Source of the DNA: Macrostomum hystrix
Lineage: Eukaryota > Animalia > Platyhelminthes
Reading direction: 5' to 3'
NCBI GenBank assembly: GCA_950097015.1
Contig: CATNEN010000038.1
Location: 21,142,001-21,206,000 of the forward strand
Length of the DNA: 64,000 bases
Part shown: in pieces, positions 25,262 through 37,800 of the stretch
Layout of the letters: each line of letters starts with the position of its first letter
Position numbering within the stretch: the stretch's first letter is position 1
Notes under the pieces: generated by a model
Seen by the model: only the letters and a program-made list of their open reading frames with translations
Databases searched by the model: none
Told to the model about the DNA's origin: nothing
Translations under genes and position numbers: made by a program

Positions 25262-28200
25262 TCAGCCGTCAATCCATTCATCGATTTCTTGCGGATCGAA
25301 GCTGACAACTGGCAGCGACCGGGGTAGCAGAGGAGTCACAGCCGCTGCCAGCGACGTCGCGACGGCCGCTCTGGCGGTCCCAGGTGCTTGATGACGATAT
25401 TCCTCATCGTCGTCGTCCTCCTCCTCTTCATCGGCTCGCAGAAGCCGACTGCAGCCCAGCAGTTTTAGCAGTTCAGTCTTCAGGCCGTCGTTGAGAAATC
25501 CGTACAGGATTGGATTAGCGCAGGCCGACACGAGGATTAACAACAGGGAGGCACTCTGAACTAGCTGCACTGGCAGGCGAATCTCTTTGTCAGCTTCGGC
25601 CACTGCCTCCGCCGGATCCAGTCGCCAGGCCTGAATGTCGTTAACAAGATTCGACAGGCTCAGAGGCAACCAGGACAGGGCGAACAGCAGCCCGATTGTC
25701 AGCAGGATGGCGTTGGTTCGCCGGTGTCTTTTCTCCTCGCGTCGACACCGCTGCATCTGGTAGGCCGACTGGCAGCTCTCGCGCCGGTACTGAATCTTCT
25801 GGGCTAGTCGGGCGTGGATGCGCCAGTAGGCTAGCGTCAGGATTGCCAGCGGGATGAGGTACTGAGCGAACAGGGTCGCCAGGCTGTACACCACCTTGGC
25901 GGCGCGAATCAGCCGACTGTCGGAGCTCTCAGAGCAGAAGTGCATTTGCCGGTGCATCAGCAGCCAGTTGCGGGCTACGTTGGCGAAGATCAATGGAGGC
26001 GATGCTAGCACCGCGGAGGCGCCCCAGATTAGGCCGATGCACAGGGCCAGCAGCTCCTTGCTGACCGGCAGTTGGTTGGGGTGTACAACCGCCTGGTGTT
26101 TTGGTTGGTTGGGTTGTAGTTTTGGTTGGTGGGTCAGAAATATCTAAATTCTAATTGATCGAAACTTTGGTTTTTTGTCAAAAATTCGTATTTATAGAGG
26201 GTCAGAAGGTCATGTTTCTAGTGGGCATAAAGGTGGTGGTTCTAGTAGGTTAGAAAGTCTTGGTTCTAGTAGGTTAGAAAGTCTTGGTTCTAGTAGGTTA
26301 GAAAGTCTTGGTTTTAGTAGGTTAGAAAGTCTTGGTTCTAGTAGGTTAGAAAGTCTTGGTTCTAGTGGGTACGACAGTCTTGGTATTGGTGGGAAACATC
26401 GTCATTTTTCTATTCGGTCAGAAGGTCTTGGTTCAAATGGATCAGAAGGTCTTGGTTCAAGTGGGTCAGAAGGTCTTGGTTCAAGTGGGTCAGAAGGTCT
26501 TGGTTCAAGTGGGTCAGAAGGTCTTGGTTGAAGTGGGTCGGAAGGTCTTGGTTCAAGTGGGTCAGAAGGTCTTGGTTCAAGTGGGGAAAAAAGTCTTAGT
26601 TCAAGTAGGTCTGATGGTCATGTTTTCTTAGGTTTTTCTAGCAATTCATCAAACGTTTACAATTTTTATCTAAGAAATATTTTCAACACTAGCAGATATA
26701 GTCACGGAGGGCCCAAAGGCTCGGGAATCTCTTGAGGTCGAATGCAGTTAAAATTTGTTTAAATTTCCTTCACAATAATTTTTTTGCTTTCTCTCCTAAA
26801 AATGTAAATATGCCTATATTTTACTACAATTTTTATTAAAGTCGTAAAATTAAATTTTTCCAGCAATGCTTCTCAATATAAAAACAATTTTTATGAGTCC
26901 TTCTCAAAATAAAATTTTCTTAAGAGATTTCAGACATTTAAACTTCTCTCGGGGCATTAAGGTTCCTGGATATCTCAGCGACTGTTAATCCAGTTTAAAG
27001 ATCAGATGCAAATTGCTTTCCGAACCAGTAGGTCTCAAATCTGAGTCGGCTTCTCTCAGAGCTGCTGATTTTAGTTTCCACTTCTTTGATAATCGCGAAT
27101 TCAAAATAAACATCAACCCCTCCTTTCAGTTCAGTTGGCGCCAATGCTTGGCCTCAGATGACCTCAAATTGGCTCGACTGAAAAAAATCACCAGAGCTTT
27201 GAAAGTCACTTGGGATGTTTGGGACAAAAGTGTGAGTTCACATTTTCACAGTACAAAATACTGGAACAGAGCTGAAACTGATTCCTTCATTAGTCATTTT
27301 TTATCCGTCAATTATTGGTGCCTTTGTAGTTTAGTCTTCTACTTTCGTTCTTCACTCATCCTTCAACCCCTATCATCATTCCCCTATCATTCTTCCCCTA
27401 TCATTCTTCACCAATCATTCTTCCCCTATCCTTCTTCCCCTATCATTCTTCCCCTATCATTCTTCCCCTATCATTCTTCACCTATCATTCTTCACCTATC
27501 CTTCTTCCCCTATCCTTCTTACCCTATCATTCTTCCCCTATCCTTCTTACCCTATCATTCTTCCCCTATCCTTCTTCCCCTATCATTCTTCCCCTATCCT
27601 TCTTCCCGTATCATTCTTCCCCTATCATTCTTCCCCTATCATTCTTCCCCTATTATTCTTCCCCTATCCTTCTTCCCCTATCATTCTTCCCCTATCATTC
27701 TTCCCCTATCATTCTTCCCCTATCATTCTTCCCCTATCCTTCTTCCTTAATCCTTCTTACCCTATCCTTCTAACCCCATCCTTCTCCTATCATTCTACCC
27801 CTAATATCTGTCCTCATTATTCTTTCCTTATCCTTCTTCCCTATCCTTCTACCCTCATCCTTCTTCTCCCATGTTACATCCTTGGCTTTCTTTCCTTCCG
27901 TACTGTATGGTCATTTTCCTGTCTAATCCTGTCTTTCATGCTCAGAGTCCCGAGAGCATTCTCGAAATCTCACAAGTTTATATTTTATCCTGTTTGAGTC
28001 CAGTGCTGACACAGGCAATGAGATACATCACTGCACTGAGCACACCCAACTGCTCAGAGACAAAGCTAGCAGTCGACTCACACGGACACTGAGCATAGGG
28101 AATCTCTCTTGCCCTAATTAGCTCGAATTCCGACTCAAATGGATAAATGAGAAAATTCAATTATCCGCATCTGCTCAGTTCAAGCCTTGTTGCAGAAACA

Positions 28201-31200
28201 TATCTGCTCACTTTCAACCAGCAAGTATAGCTGTCATGTCATCTTCCTCTCTCAATACTTTTCTGACAGAATCAGAAAGTTCTAGAAGGAATTATTAGTC
28301 TGAGGACAAAAAATTCATTTCCTATGACAGCAGACTAAGCCCTCTATGTGGCTTCTCAGCTTGGCCAAATATGGCTAATTAGTGCAGGTCTGGCAAGACA
28401 CCAGAGCTTTCTAAACATGAAGGGCTGAATGAGTTCTGTTTGAATGACGCTTTCACTTAGGGATCACTAAAAATTCTTGAAGTAGATATAGAAGGTATAG
28501 CCAACCCAGTTAGGCCTCATGTACAGCAATTGTCCCAACCGCAGCTATTGTGCGGTACTTCCAAGGACTGTGTACAGACTATTCAGTCCATTGACTACTA
28601 AATCCTAGGCGAGAAATCCTCAATGGGAAATCCTCGGTGGGAAATCCTCTATGGGAAATCCTCTATGGGAAATCCTCGGTGGGAAATCCACGGTGGGAAA
28701 TCCAAGGACCACTAGTAGATACTCTACTTGAGTAGTCCGTGGGGAAATCCTCGGTGGGAAATCCTCGGTTGGAAATCCTCGGTGAGAAATCCTCGGTTGG
28801 AAATCCTCGGTGGGAAATCCACGATGGGAAATCCAAGGACTACTAGTAGATACTCTACTTGAGCAGTCCGTGGGGAAATCCTCGGTGGGAAATCCTGGGT
28901 TGGAAATCCTCGGTGGCAAATCCTCTATGGGAAATCCTCGGTGGGAAATCCTCTATGGGAAATCCTCGGTGGGAAATCCTCTATGGGAAATCCTCGGTGG
29001 TAAATCCTCAGTGAGAAATCCTCGGTGGGTAAAACTCGTTAAAAAAACAACAAATTTTTACAGTTCGGCTGTGTTTCAGTATTCAGTGGCGCAGAAAATT
29101 TTATGCAATACTAAATTTCAGAATTCTGATTCATTAAAGTCAACTAAAAAGCCCAACAATAGGACTCATTGAGCACTGCTTTGGCATTTTAGTGAGCGTA
29201 TCCAGAGAGAATGAGAAATATTCAGAATGTTACTCATGGGTGATTTTTTTATTACGAGAAAATTTAGTTGAAAAAAATCTGGGATTCAATAAAGCAAAGA
29301 GTTGACGATGCAGTGAGAGGCGGAGACAGAGAGAGACAGAGAGACAAAGAGACAGAGAGAGACCGAGAGACAAAGAGACAGAGAGACAGAGAGAGACAGA
29401 GACAGAGAGACAGAGACAGAGACAGAGGACAGAGACAGAGACAGAGAGACAGAGCGACAGAGACAGAGACAGACAGAGAGACAGAGCGACAGAGACAGAG
29501 ACAGACAGAGGGACAGAGAGATAGAGAGACAGAGAGACAGGTACACTTTCTGAAAGATTTAGCAAGCGGTGATTCCAGTAGCAGCTTTTTCATGGGCAAA
29601 TAGCAGGCATAGGCGTTGCTGCATATTTGGATTTAATAAGGCTCGGAATTAGGAAAATTTAGGAAAATATTTTTGCTACACACTCAAAGCTTCATCAAAG
29701 CTAGAGAGTAGTGAAGAGCGGGCATCCACTTTGAGGATTAATTACGTTGCAGAAAGCAAAAGAAAAAGAGAAGCCAAGAAGTGTTTCCATACTGCAGTCG
29801 AGTGGCTAATGGAATGAAGGACATTGGTTCGAGTGGCTCGACGCTTTGAACTCAGCCGATGAAAGCCTGAGAAGAAGTGGAAAAACTAATTACTGTAGAG
29901 ATGGGAGCGATAAGACCCTGATCTAAAAAGAGGATTTGGGATTGATATAGAGACAGTTAAGAGAGTGCGTTTGGGAGATTATAGTGAGATGGGAGATGAC
30001 TGTGAGATGGGAGATGGTAGTTAGATGGGAGATGACTGTGAGATGGGAGATGACTGTGAGATGGGAGATGACTGTGAGATGGGAGATGACAGTGAGATGG
30101 GAGATGACTGTGAGATGGGAGATGACTGTGAGATGGGAGATGACTGTGAGATGGGAGATGACTGTGAGATGGGAGATGACTGTGAGATGGGAGATGACTG
30201 TGAGATGGGAGATGACTGTGAGATGGGAGATGACTGTGAAATGGGAGATGACTGTGAGATGGGAGATGACTGTGAGATGGGAGATGGCTGTGAGATGGGA
30301 GATGACTGTGAGATGGGAGATGACTGTGAGATGGGAGATGGTAGTGAGATAGGCTATGACTGTGAGATGGAAGATGGCAGTGAGATGGGAGATGACAGTG
30401 AGATGGGAGATGACTGTGAGATGGGAGATGGCAGTGAGATAGGCTATGACAGTGAGATGGGAGATGACAGTGAGATGGGAGATGACAGTGAGATGGGAGA
30501 TGACTGTGAGATGGGAGATGGTAGTTAGATGGGAGATGACTGTGATATGGGAGATGGTAGTGAGATGGGAGATGACAGTGAGATGGGAGATGACAGTGAG
30601 ATGGGAGATGACTGTGATATGGGAGATGGTAGTTAGATGGGAGATGACTGTGAGATGGGAGATGACTGTGAGATGGGAGATGGCAGTGAGATGGGAGATG
30701 GCAGTGAGATGGGAGATGGCAGTGAGATGGGAGATGGCAGTGAGATGGGAGATGGCAGTGAGATGGGAGATGACAGTGAGATGGGAGATGACTGTGATAT
30801 GGGAGATGGTAGTTAGATGGGAGATGACTGTGAGATGGGAGATGGCAGTGAGATGGGAGATGGCAGTGAGATGGGAGAGAGCAATAACACGCAGGCACTG
30901 ATTGTTGAGTTGGCGGCTGTCCCAGAATTTCAGGTACCCCAGAAGTGCAGGACATTACTATGCCAGGCTAAATGCTTTTCAAATTCCGCAACGTCAAAAA
31001 ACTGCACGAATGAGGTCGAGGTCGGAAGTCAGTGAGAAAGCCTTTTTTATCCTCCAAAGTGACAGAAAGTGAAGTGCAACTTTTTTAGTCCACTCGTCCC
31101 TAGAGAATTTTTACGCTTTCTTCCTTGACAACATGCTTAGCTGAATGGGAAGCTAAATGTATAGTGAAGTTTTTGTTAAACATTCTATTCATTTACTATG

Positions 31201-32223
31201 GAAGTAGAAAAACTTCTAGTTAAACTCCAGTTTTTTTGTTTTGCTGCATTCTGCAAAAAGCGACTAACTTTTCATTAGCAAAACACGTGAACTCGTTGCA
31301 TTATTGTGCTGAAATGAGTTAGAAAAATACTATCAAGGCAACATGAGAAAAAAGTATCAAATATGATTGTCTGTTGCTCGCCAATCTGACTGTACGATGG
31401 CATCTTGTCTTGCTTTGGTTTTTACATTGCTTCCTTCTTCCCCATGCCATGGTGTCTGATCAAATTTCAAATCAAGTAGATGGGAGTGTGTTGCTAAGGA
31501 ACATACATAGACATTACAGACATATCTCCTCTAGCATTTACCCTCCTGCATTTACCCTCCTGCATTTACCCTCCTGCATTTACCCTCCTGCATTTACCCT
31601 CCTGCATTTACCCTCCTGCATTTACCCTCCTGCATTTACCCTCCTGCATTTACCCTCCTGCATTTACCCACCTGCATTTACCCTCCTGCATTTACCCTCC
31701 TTCATATCCCGTGCTTCAGTCTCACCTGAAATCGATCCAGCGCAATGGCCATGATGGAGAAGGTCGAAACGAACAGGTTGAGTCCGGTGAGCCAGTTGAC
31801 CAATTTGCACAGAGCCGTGCCGTATTCCCAGCTCAGGTAGCCCTGAAGTAGCCTGAGCACATTGATTGGCTGCGTCACAGTACACAAAATGAGGTCCGAC
31901 AGTGCCAGGTTGAGCACAAAGGCGTGCCTTGGTGATCTCAGCGAGCCCAAACGTCGGCCCCAGATGATGTGAATGACGAGGCCGTTGCCAGCGGCGCCGA
32001 ATGCGATCAGCAGGCCGAAGAGCGCCAGAATGCTGGCCAACGCGGGCAACTGACGCCGGCTAAGCCGCTCCAACTGGTCCTGCATCTCCACGAACTTGGA
32101 CGAAAAGTTGGTGTCGTTGCGGCAGCTGTAGTAAAAGTACAATGAGGAAAGGTCGGTGCTGCCTCGCAGGTGGTGCAGGCAGTTATCTTCGGAGGAGCTG
32201 TTTGTTGAGCTATTGACAGCCAT
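25262..32223 (-). CDS. Class A neuropeptide GPCR (NPY/NPF/PrRP-receptor-like), 2 exons: 32223-31726 and 26092-25262 (~442 aa)
   Basis: TM1 GN, TM2 NLALSDL, TM3 IALDRF|QAVVHP region across a phase-0 GT-AG intron, TM4 IW, TM5 QYLIPL..AY, TM6 FALSWLP, TM7 NPILYGFLN. Confidence 0.9.
26195..26625. repeat. Two adjacent 24-bp minisatellites
   Basis: GGTTCTAGTAGGTTAGAAAGTCTT and GGTTCAAGTGGGTCAGAAGGTCTT units. Confidence 0.88.
27355..27870. repeat. 16-bp pyrimidine-rich minisatellite
   Basis: CCCCTATCATTCTTCC-like units. Confidence 0.9.
28610..29035. repeat. 14-bp GGGAAATCCTCGGT minisatellite with a higher-order duplication
   Basis: Tandem units interrupted twice by GGACYACTAGTAGATACTCTACTTGAG. 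Confidence 0.9.
29323..29540. repeat. (GAGACA)n-type microsatellite
   Basis: Direct inspection. Confidence 0.95.
29983..30878. repeat. 18-bp minisatellite
   Basis: GTGAGATGGGAGATGACT, ~49 copies. Confidence 0.96.
31533..31700. repeat. 14-bp minisatellite near the GPCR splice donor
   Basis: GCATTTACCCTCCT, ~12 copies. Confidence 0.93.
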
Positions 32224-33204
32224 GGTTGAGTTAGGCCTGTAGGCTACAAGGCGATCGTTGCTCTATCAAGACGCCTCTCTATTCAAGATTCTGGCGACCT
32301 TGGGCCGTGATTGGCCGGCTAAGCAGATTTCCAATTTCAGACTTGCGGGTAGGAGAATGGGGATAGGAAATGTTTGGGAGGAAATATCTAAGCGCGGAGT
32401 GACTAAGGATAGCCCCAACCAACCATGAGATGGAATGGCTTGGCGTGACACAGCGGTGAACAGGTCTGAAAATTCAATTAGCCTGGCGACAAGGATTTAC
32501 ATCCCTATTATCCCCTTCCTTTCAGCGCGTGCATTCGCTCAGATAGAATCCCATTCCTTTCCGGATCCGATTTATACCCGCCTTCCCATTAGACTCAGAC
32601 CTCCGACAAGCGATATTTTTGCTGTTAACTGCTCGCGGCCTACAGCAACAGAACAAGTGTTGTTTACAATAAACTTGTTTGGGAGATGGGAGACTTTTCC
32701 GACACGAAATTTTCCGAGTCGTTGAACACTACAGACTAGTGCGAGTACTAATGTCTATAGACTTTTCTGTACATAGCTCTGTTATCTGGTTCATGACGTA
32801 CTTTTTTGGTATACTTTTCACGTCTAGTCATGGGAGGTCGACTCTCAAGGTTGTCAGTTCGACCTTGGATTGATGCATAGACGCGTTCACACCGCTCTGC
32901 CACTGAACCCCGTGAAAGGCTGAATGTTTCGAACTCTTTAACATCTTGTATTTTTATTTGAATATCGATAAGCCAATCATATATACAAAATGTTGACATA
33001 TTTCCTGCTCTACTACCTCAAAAAAACTCTGTCTATGAAATGGTTTCGGTTTAGATAAATGCGCTACCTTCTGCTTGTGCAGCACTTCATATTTTTCTTA
33101 TTGGTTGTTATGCAATAAAACATCAACTAGAAAAAAAAATAACAGCTTGATACCCGAGTGATCTAGGCAGTATACACAATAATGATAATAGCAGTATAAT
33201 CATG

Positions 33205-33467
33205 CATATGTGCAGCCGACAGCACAGCCGCAGTTATTGGGCGGCGCATCTGAAGGCTGCGTACGGCTGTTCAGTCCATGGACTGGAGGGGTGGCACAAT
33301 GTCAATTACCCCACTGATGCCGGTACCCATTTAATAGCTGTTTGAACTGAAGCAATGTAGAGCTAAAGTGTCTAGCTAAAGGGCATAAATGCTACAGTAC
33401 AGCCGGGAATCGAACCACCGACCCGCAAGTCGTGAGTCCAATGCTCTAACCACTATAGGCTACAACC
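33205..33467 (-). mobile_element. SINE family A
   Basis: Reverse-complement match to head, core and tail. Confidence 0.78.
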
Positions 33468-33844
33468 CTCTATTTGGGTCAATATACGGTTATTTGAACA
33501 GATCTGGTTTCAGCTTATATATATTCTAACAGTGCTCATATAGTAGTTAAATTTAGTATTGGTGCAAGGCTAGAATCGATAACCTTGTATGCTACATCGC
33601 TAAGTAAATTTCCTGAGTTCAGCCTATCTTACGAGTAGTAATAATCTATCAAATATTCTGTTTGCTCTGTTAATGTTGATTTTTACTCAAATTTTACCAA
33701 TTCTATGAAAGTTGCCAGAGGTAAGAATAAAAATCCCACGTCAAACTACTGACCAGATGCAAATCAGTAGTGCAAAGGTTCGCAGACCCAAAAATGATAT
33801 AATAACACTAAACTTTTAAAATCTGTCTTAATCTGCTGGTTGTT

Positions 33845-34318
33845 GTCGGACTCGCGACTCGTTCTCGTGTACAAATGTACACGGCCTTCAGACTCGCGAC
33901 TCGTTCTCGTGTACAAATGTACACGGCCTTCAGACTCGCGACTCGTTCTCGTGTACAAATGTACACGGCCTTCAGACTCGCGACTCGTTCTCGTGTACAA
34001 ATGTACGCAGCCTTCAGACTCGCGACTCGTTCTCGTGTACACAGCCTTCAGACTCGCGACTCGTTCTCGTGTACACAGCCTTCAGACTCGCGACTCGTTC
34101 TCGTGTACAAATGTACACGGCCTTCAGACTCGCGACTCGTTCTCGTGTACAAATGTACACGGCCTTCAGACTCGCGACTCGTTCTCGTGTACAAATGTAC
34201 ACGGCCTTCAGACTCGCGACTCGTTCTCGTGTACAAATGTACACGGCCTTCAGATGCGCCGCGCGATAGCTGCGGCTGTGCTGTCGCCTAAACAGCGGAC
34301 CCAATTGGGACAGGTAAA
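33845..34318 (+). repeat. 42-bp minisatellite built inside a SINE family A remnant
   Basis: Unit GACTCGCGACTCGTTCTCGTGTACAAATGTACACGGCCTTCA x~10, running directly into the SINE tail CAGATGCGCCGCGCGATAGCTGCGGCTGTGCTGTCG. Confidence 0.88.
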
Positions 34319-34840
34319 AATGCAAATATTACAGACAAGCTTTTGCTGAAGTAAGTAAAACTGGAAGTAATATTTGGAGAGAACATTTCCATAGTTGAGG
34401 CAGCAGCTAGTCCCAATGAGCATTTTAAGATAGAGACAGGAATTGCAAAGATTACATATAACGCAAAAGCCTTTGAAACTGACAATTAGGATTTTACAAT
34501 GGCCGGCACTATTCCTGAGTAGGGTAGGCGGGTTTAATTGCTCAAAATAGGACTCTAAAAGAGAGAGAGATAGTTGAGCAGACAGAGAAAAATATTTCCA
34601 GTTGTGCTCCAAGTTAGCCACTTGAGTCGAGCTGCACGCTATTCGTAAGCTGACAAAGTGTGCAAGGCGATGAGAAGCTTAGTTTTTTTACAGCCTCGCC
34701 TTTAATTGCGAACGTAGAAATATTTTTAACAAAATGTTGAGTAATTGTTACTGGGCACAGCCAAGCCAGGCTAGTAGGTCAATACCTGAAGCAGAGGGTC
34801 TGTGGCACGAATTCTAAAACGAGATTTAATTTGTCTTCAA

Positions 34841-37800
34841 ATGGATTTTCTGCACGCGTTCGAAGCAATCGACTCGGATTTCTCCGGTGAGATCACAGCC
34901 GAGGAGCTGGAGGCCTACTGCCGGAAGCACAACTATGAGGACCGATTCGTTGAGGTTAGTGTGCGAATTTTTCATGCGATAAATAATCTGAGATTCGTTA
35001 CGTTAGGTTTGCAAGTTACGTTATTACAAACTCTAAAGAAAACTGGAGCACCCATTTAGTGTCTTGACTTGACTTGACTTAGCTGCAGGGGGCATCCTTC
35101 GGATGCAGCGGGGAAGCGTTGCCGCCCATTCCGCTAGCCCCTGGCGACCACGGGCAACTAAAGCTGCGGTGTCGCGCAGGGGATCCGGTCCACAGCGCGG
35201 TCCTCCTCCGGAGAGTCCAGGAAGTGGAGAGTCGCTCGCCCGGTGGCCCTTGGGTAACGGACGAGCTGGCAGATGTTCTCAGGCCTGAAAACGTCGGAGA
35301 GATCCGGGTTTGGGCCGAGATAGGTGAGCCTGTCCTGAGTGAAGGCGGGGCAGTGGCAAATAAAATGCTCTGCATCCTCAACGCAGGAGAGGCAGAAAGG
35401 GCACTCCCCACAACGGATTTTGCCTAGCGAAACAGCCCTGGCCAGAGAGGGCCATGTTGAGTGCCCTGATGTCCCTGCGGTTGAGTCCAAGCAGGGCTTT
35501 GCGAAGGGCAGTGGAGGGACAAGGGACAGCAGCGCGAGACTGCCGACAATCGGCGGTATTGATCCACCTGCCCTTGTGCTTTGAGGCCACCCACTGGTTA
35601 ATCTGAGTGTTGACGACGGCGGTAGGGGAGGAGACCGCAGGCCAAGGCGTGCTTTGGCGCCGGCCTTGTCGAGGCTGTCGGCCAATTAGTTACCATGGTG
35701 GCCAGAGTGCCCTGGAATCCACCTTAGGGACACCTTGTTGTGGGTCCCTAAGCGGTTGAGTTGCGCGAAGCAGTCGAGGACTGCGCGCGAGCAGGTGTGC
35801 GTGCGTCCAAGGGCATGGATCGCCGCCTGGCTGTCCGAGTGGAGGAAGATTTCTGCTCCGTGGACATTTTGATTGATCAGCTCCAGGGCGCAGGAGCTGA
35901 TGGCGAGAACTTCGTTCTGGAAAACGGTAGAGTTTATGCCGGTGTGCTGGGAGAAGGTCGCCACAGTTTTCCCTCCGGACCCATTTAGTGTCACCTTCCT
36001 TCAAAGTACTTCCCGTCAGCTTCGATGCACCGTTGCATTCGCATCTGCCTGAGGTCCTGAATGCGAGAAAATAGCCACCCAGAGATGGTTGGACTGCTTG
36101 TCCTTCATTGAGAAGAAGGAAATCCAACATGCATCTCCTGTCACGACGTCTTCTTGGACCGTTTGGTTCGTACATTTCCTGCCAGAGGCGGCAGATTCGC
36201 AAGCGCGTGCAACAGTGTGAAATGACGAAGCAGCTTCACCCAACACTGAAACTAAGTCGGCATGAATTTTGCCAGCTTTTTTGCCCAGCTGCATGCGAAT
36301 ATAGGTGTAGAAGCGAATATTGTCTTTTGATGATTCCATGGAAAGGCTGAAAACACGATTTGGTTGATGTCGAGTAAAGCTGAAAATAATTCACGAAATC
36401 AACTGAAACTCTAACATAGGAGCCGGGCCACTGAGAGAACCTAAAAGACGACAGCGGGCCGCATGAGCTGTAGGGAGAGAGATGAGACAGAGGAGATGAG
36501 ACAAGGGAGATGAGACACGTGTGAGTTGAGACAGGGGAGATACTAGAAACAGGAGAGATGAGACAGAGGAGAGTTGAGACAAGGGAGAGATGAGACAAGG
36601 GAGAGATGAGACACGGAAGAGATTAGACACAGGAGAGTTGAGACACGGAAGAGATTAGACACAGGAGAGATGAGACAGCGGAGAAATGAGACAAGGGAGA
36701 GATGAGACAAGGGAGAAATGAGACAGGATACTATAGGTGTTGGGGCAACGGGCCGGATTTGGGAGCTGTGAGGGCCTCATTTGGCCCGCGGGCTGGAGTT
36801 TGCCGAACTCCAGCAACCTCTAACCTCCTCCCCTCCTAACTCCTCCTACTCCTCCTCCTCCTCCTCCTCCTAACCTCCTACCTCCCCTTCCTCTAACAAG
36901 GAAGGAAAAAAATTCATTTTTAAAAAATTAGTCAATTTTCTGTTTCCTTTGTGCAGCAGAAGTTGTACAGATGACTTTTTGGTTGCAGAACTTTTTGATC
37001 GCCCCTCTACGTAAGTGTGCACCGACTGTGAAAGGTGACACTAAGTCCTGGAATGCAAAGATAAGGGACTTATCTTACCAAAAACTTCAGCCATTCACCA
37101 TGAAAATCAAGAACAAGGGCTTACATTTTTTATCCGGTGAAACAAATTCCAGAATCACAAGACATCGGCATCTTCGAGATCAACGATTCTCGTCGGGTGT
37201 CGTAGGCAAAAGCCACTAATATAGGCATAATTTTTCTGCTCATAGAATTTCGTTCATCATGTTTCGAAAGCCTAACAGCTGATGACAAAATTTTGTATTT
37301 AATGACACAGGAAAGCACAGCTAGAATCCAAAAAGTTTTGTGGACTTCATCATCGAGAGCATGCTTAAAGCTAGATAAAAAGCCGCTGCCCTGAGGCCCA
37401 TAATTAGAATGCAAAAACACAATAGATATTCTTCATTCGGGAGCGAAGTGATTTCAGTCAGTTTGAATTTTCTCTTAAATAAATTTCAATACTTCATTTC
37501 TTGTTTTATTTCAAAAAGTAGTTTTTTTCAAATATTTTATACACCTAACATTAATCTTATGCATGCTACTGCTTTCCTATCACATTAAACCGAATTGTTC
37601 AGCCTCAAACATCAAATAAACAAAAAAGCAGCAATTTTGCAGAAAATTTTGTTCCAAAAGGTGCCGGTACACTTTCACGAAAATTGTTCATTCGGTTTGG
37701 GAGCTGTCGTGAAGTAGGCAGTGGGTATTTAGAATACCCGGCCCCGTGGTATTTCTACTTTTAAAACAATTGAAAGAATTACTCAGTTTAAGTGAATAAC

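Noticed and set aside
29957-30955. His/Cys-rich or WEMTVR-repeat proteins
   Set aside because: Translations of an 18-bp intronic minisatellite.
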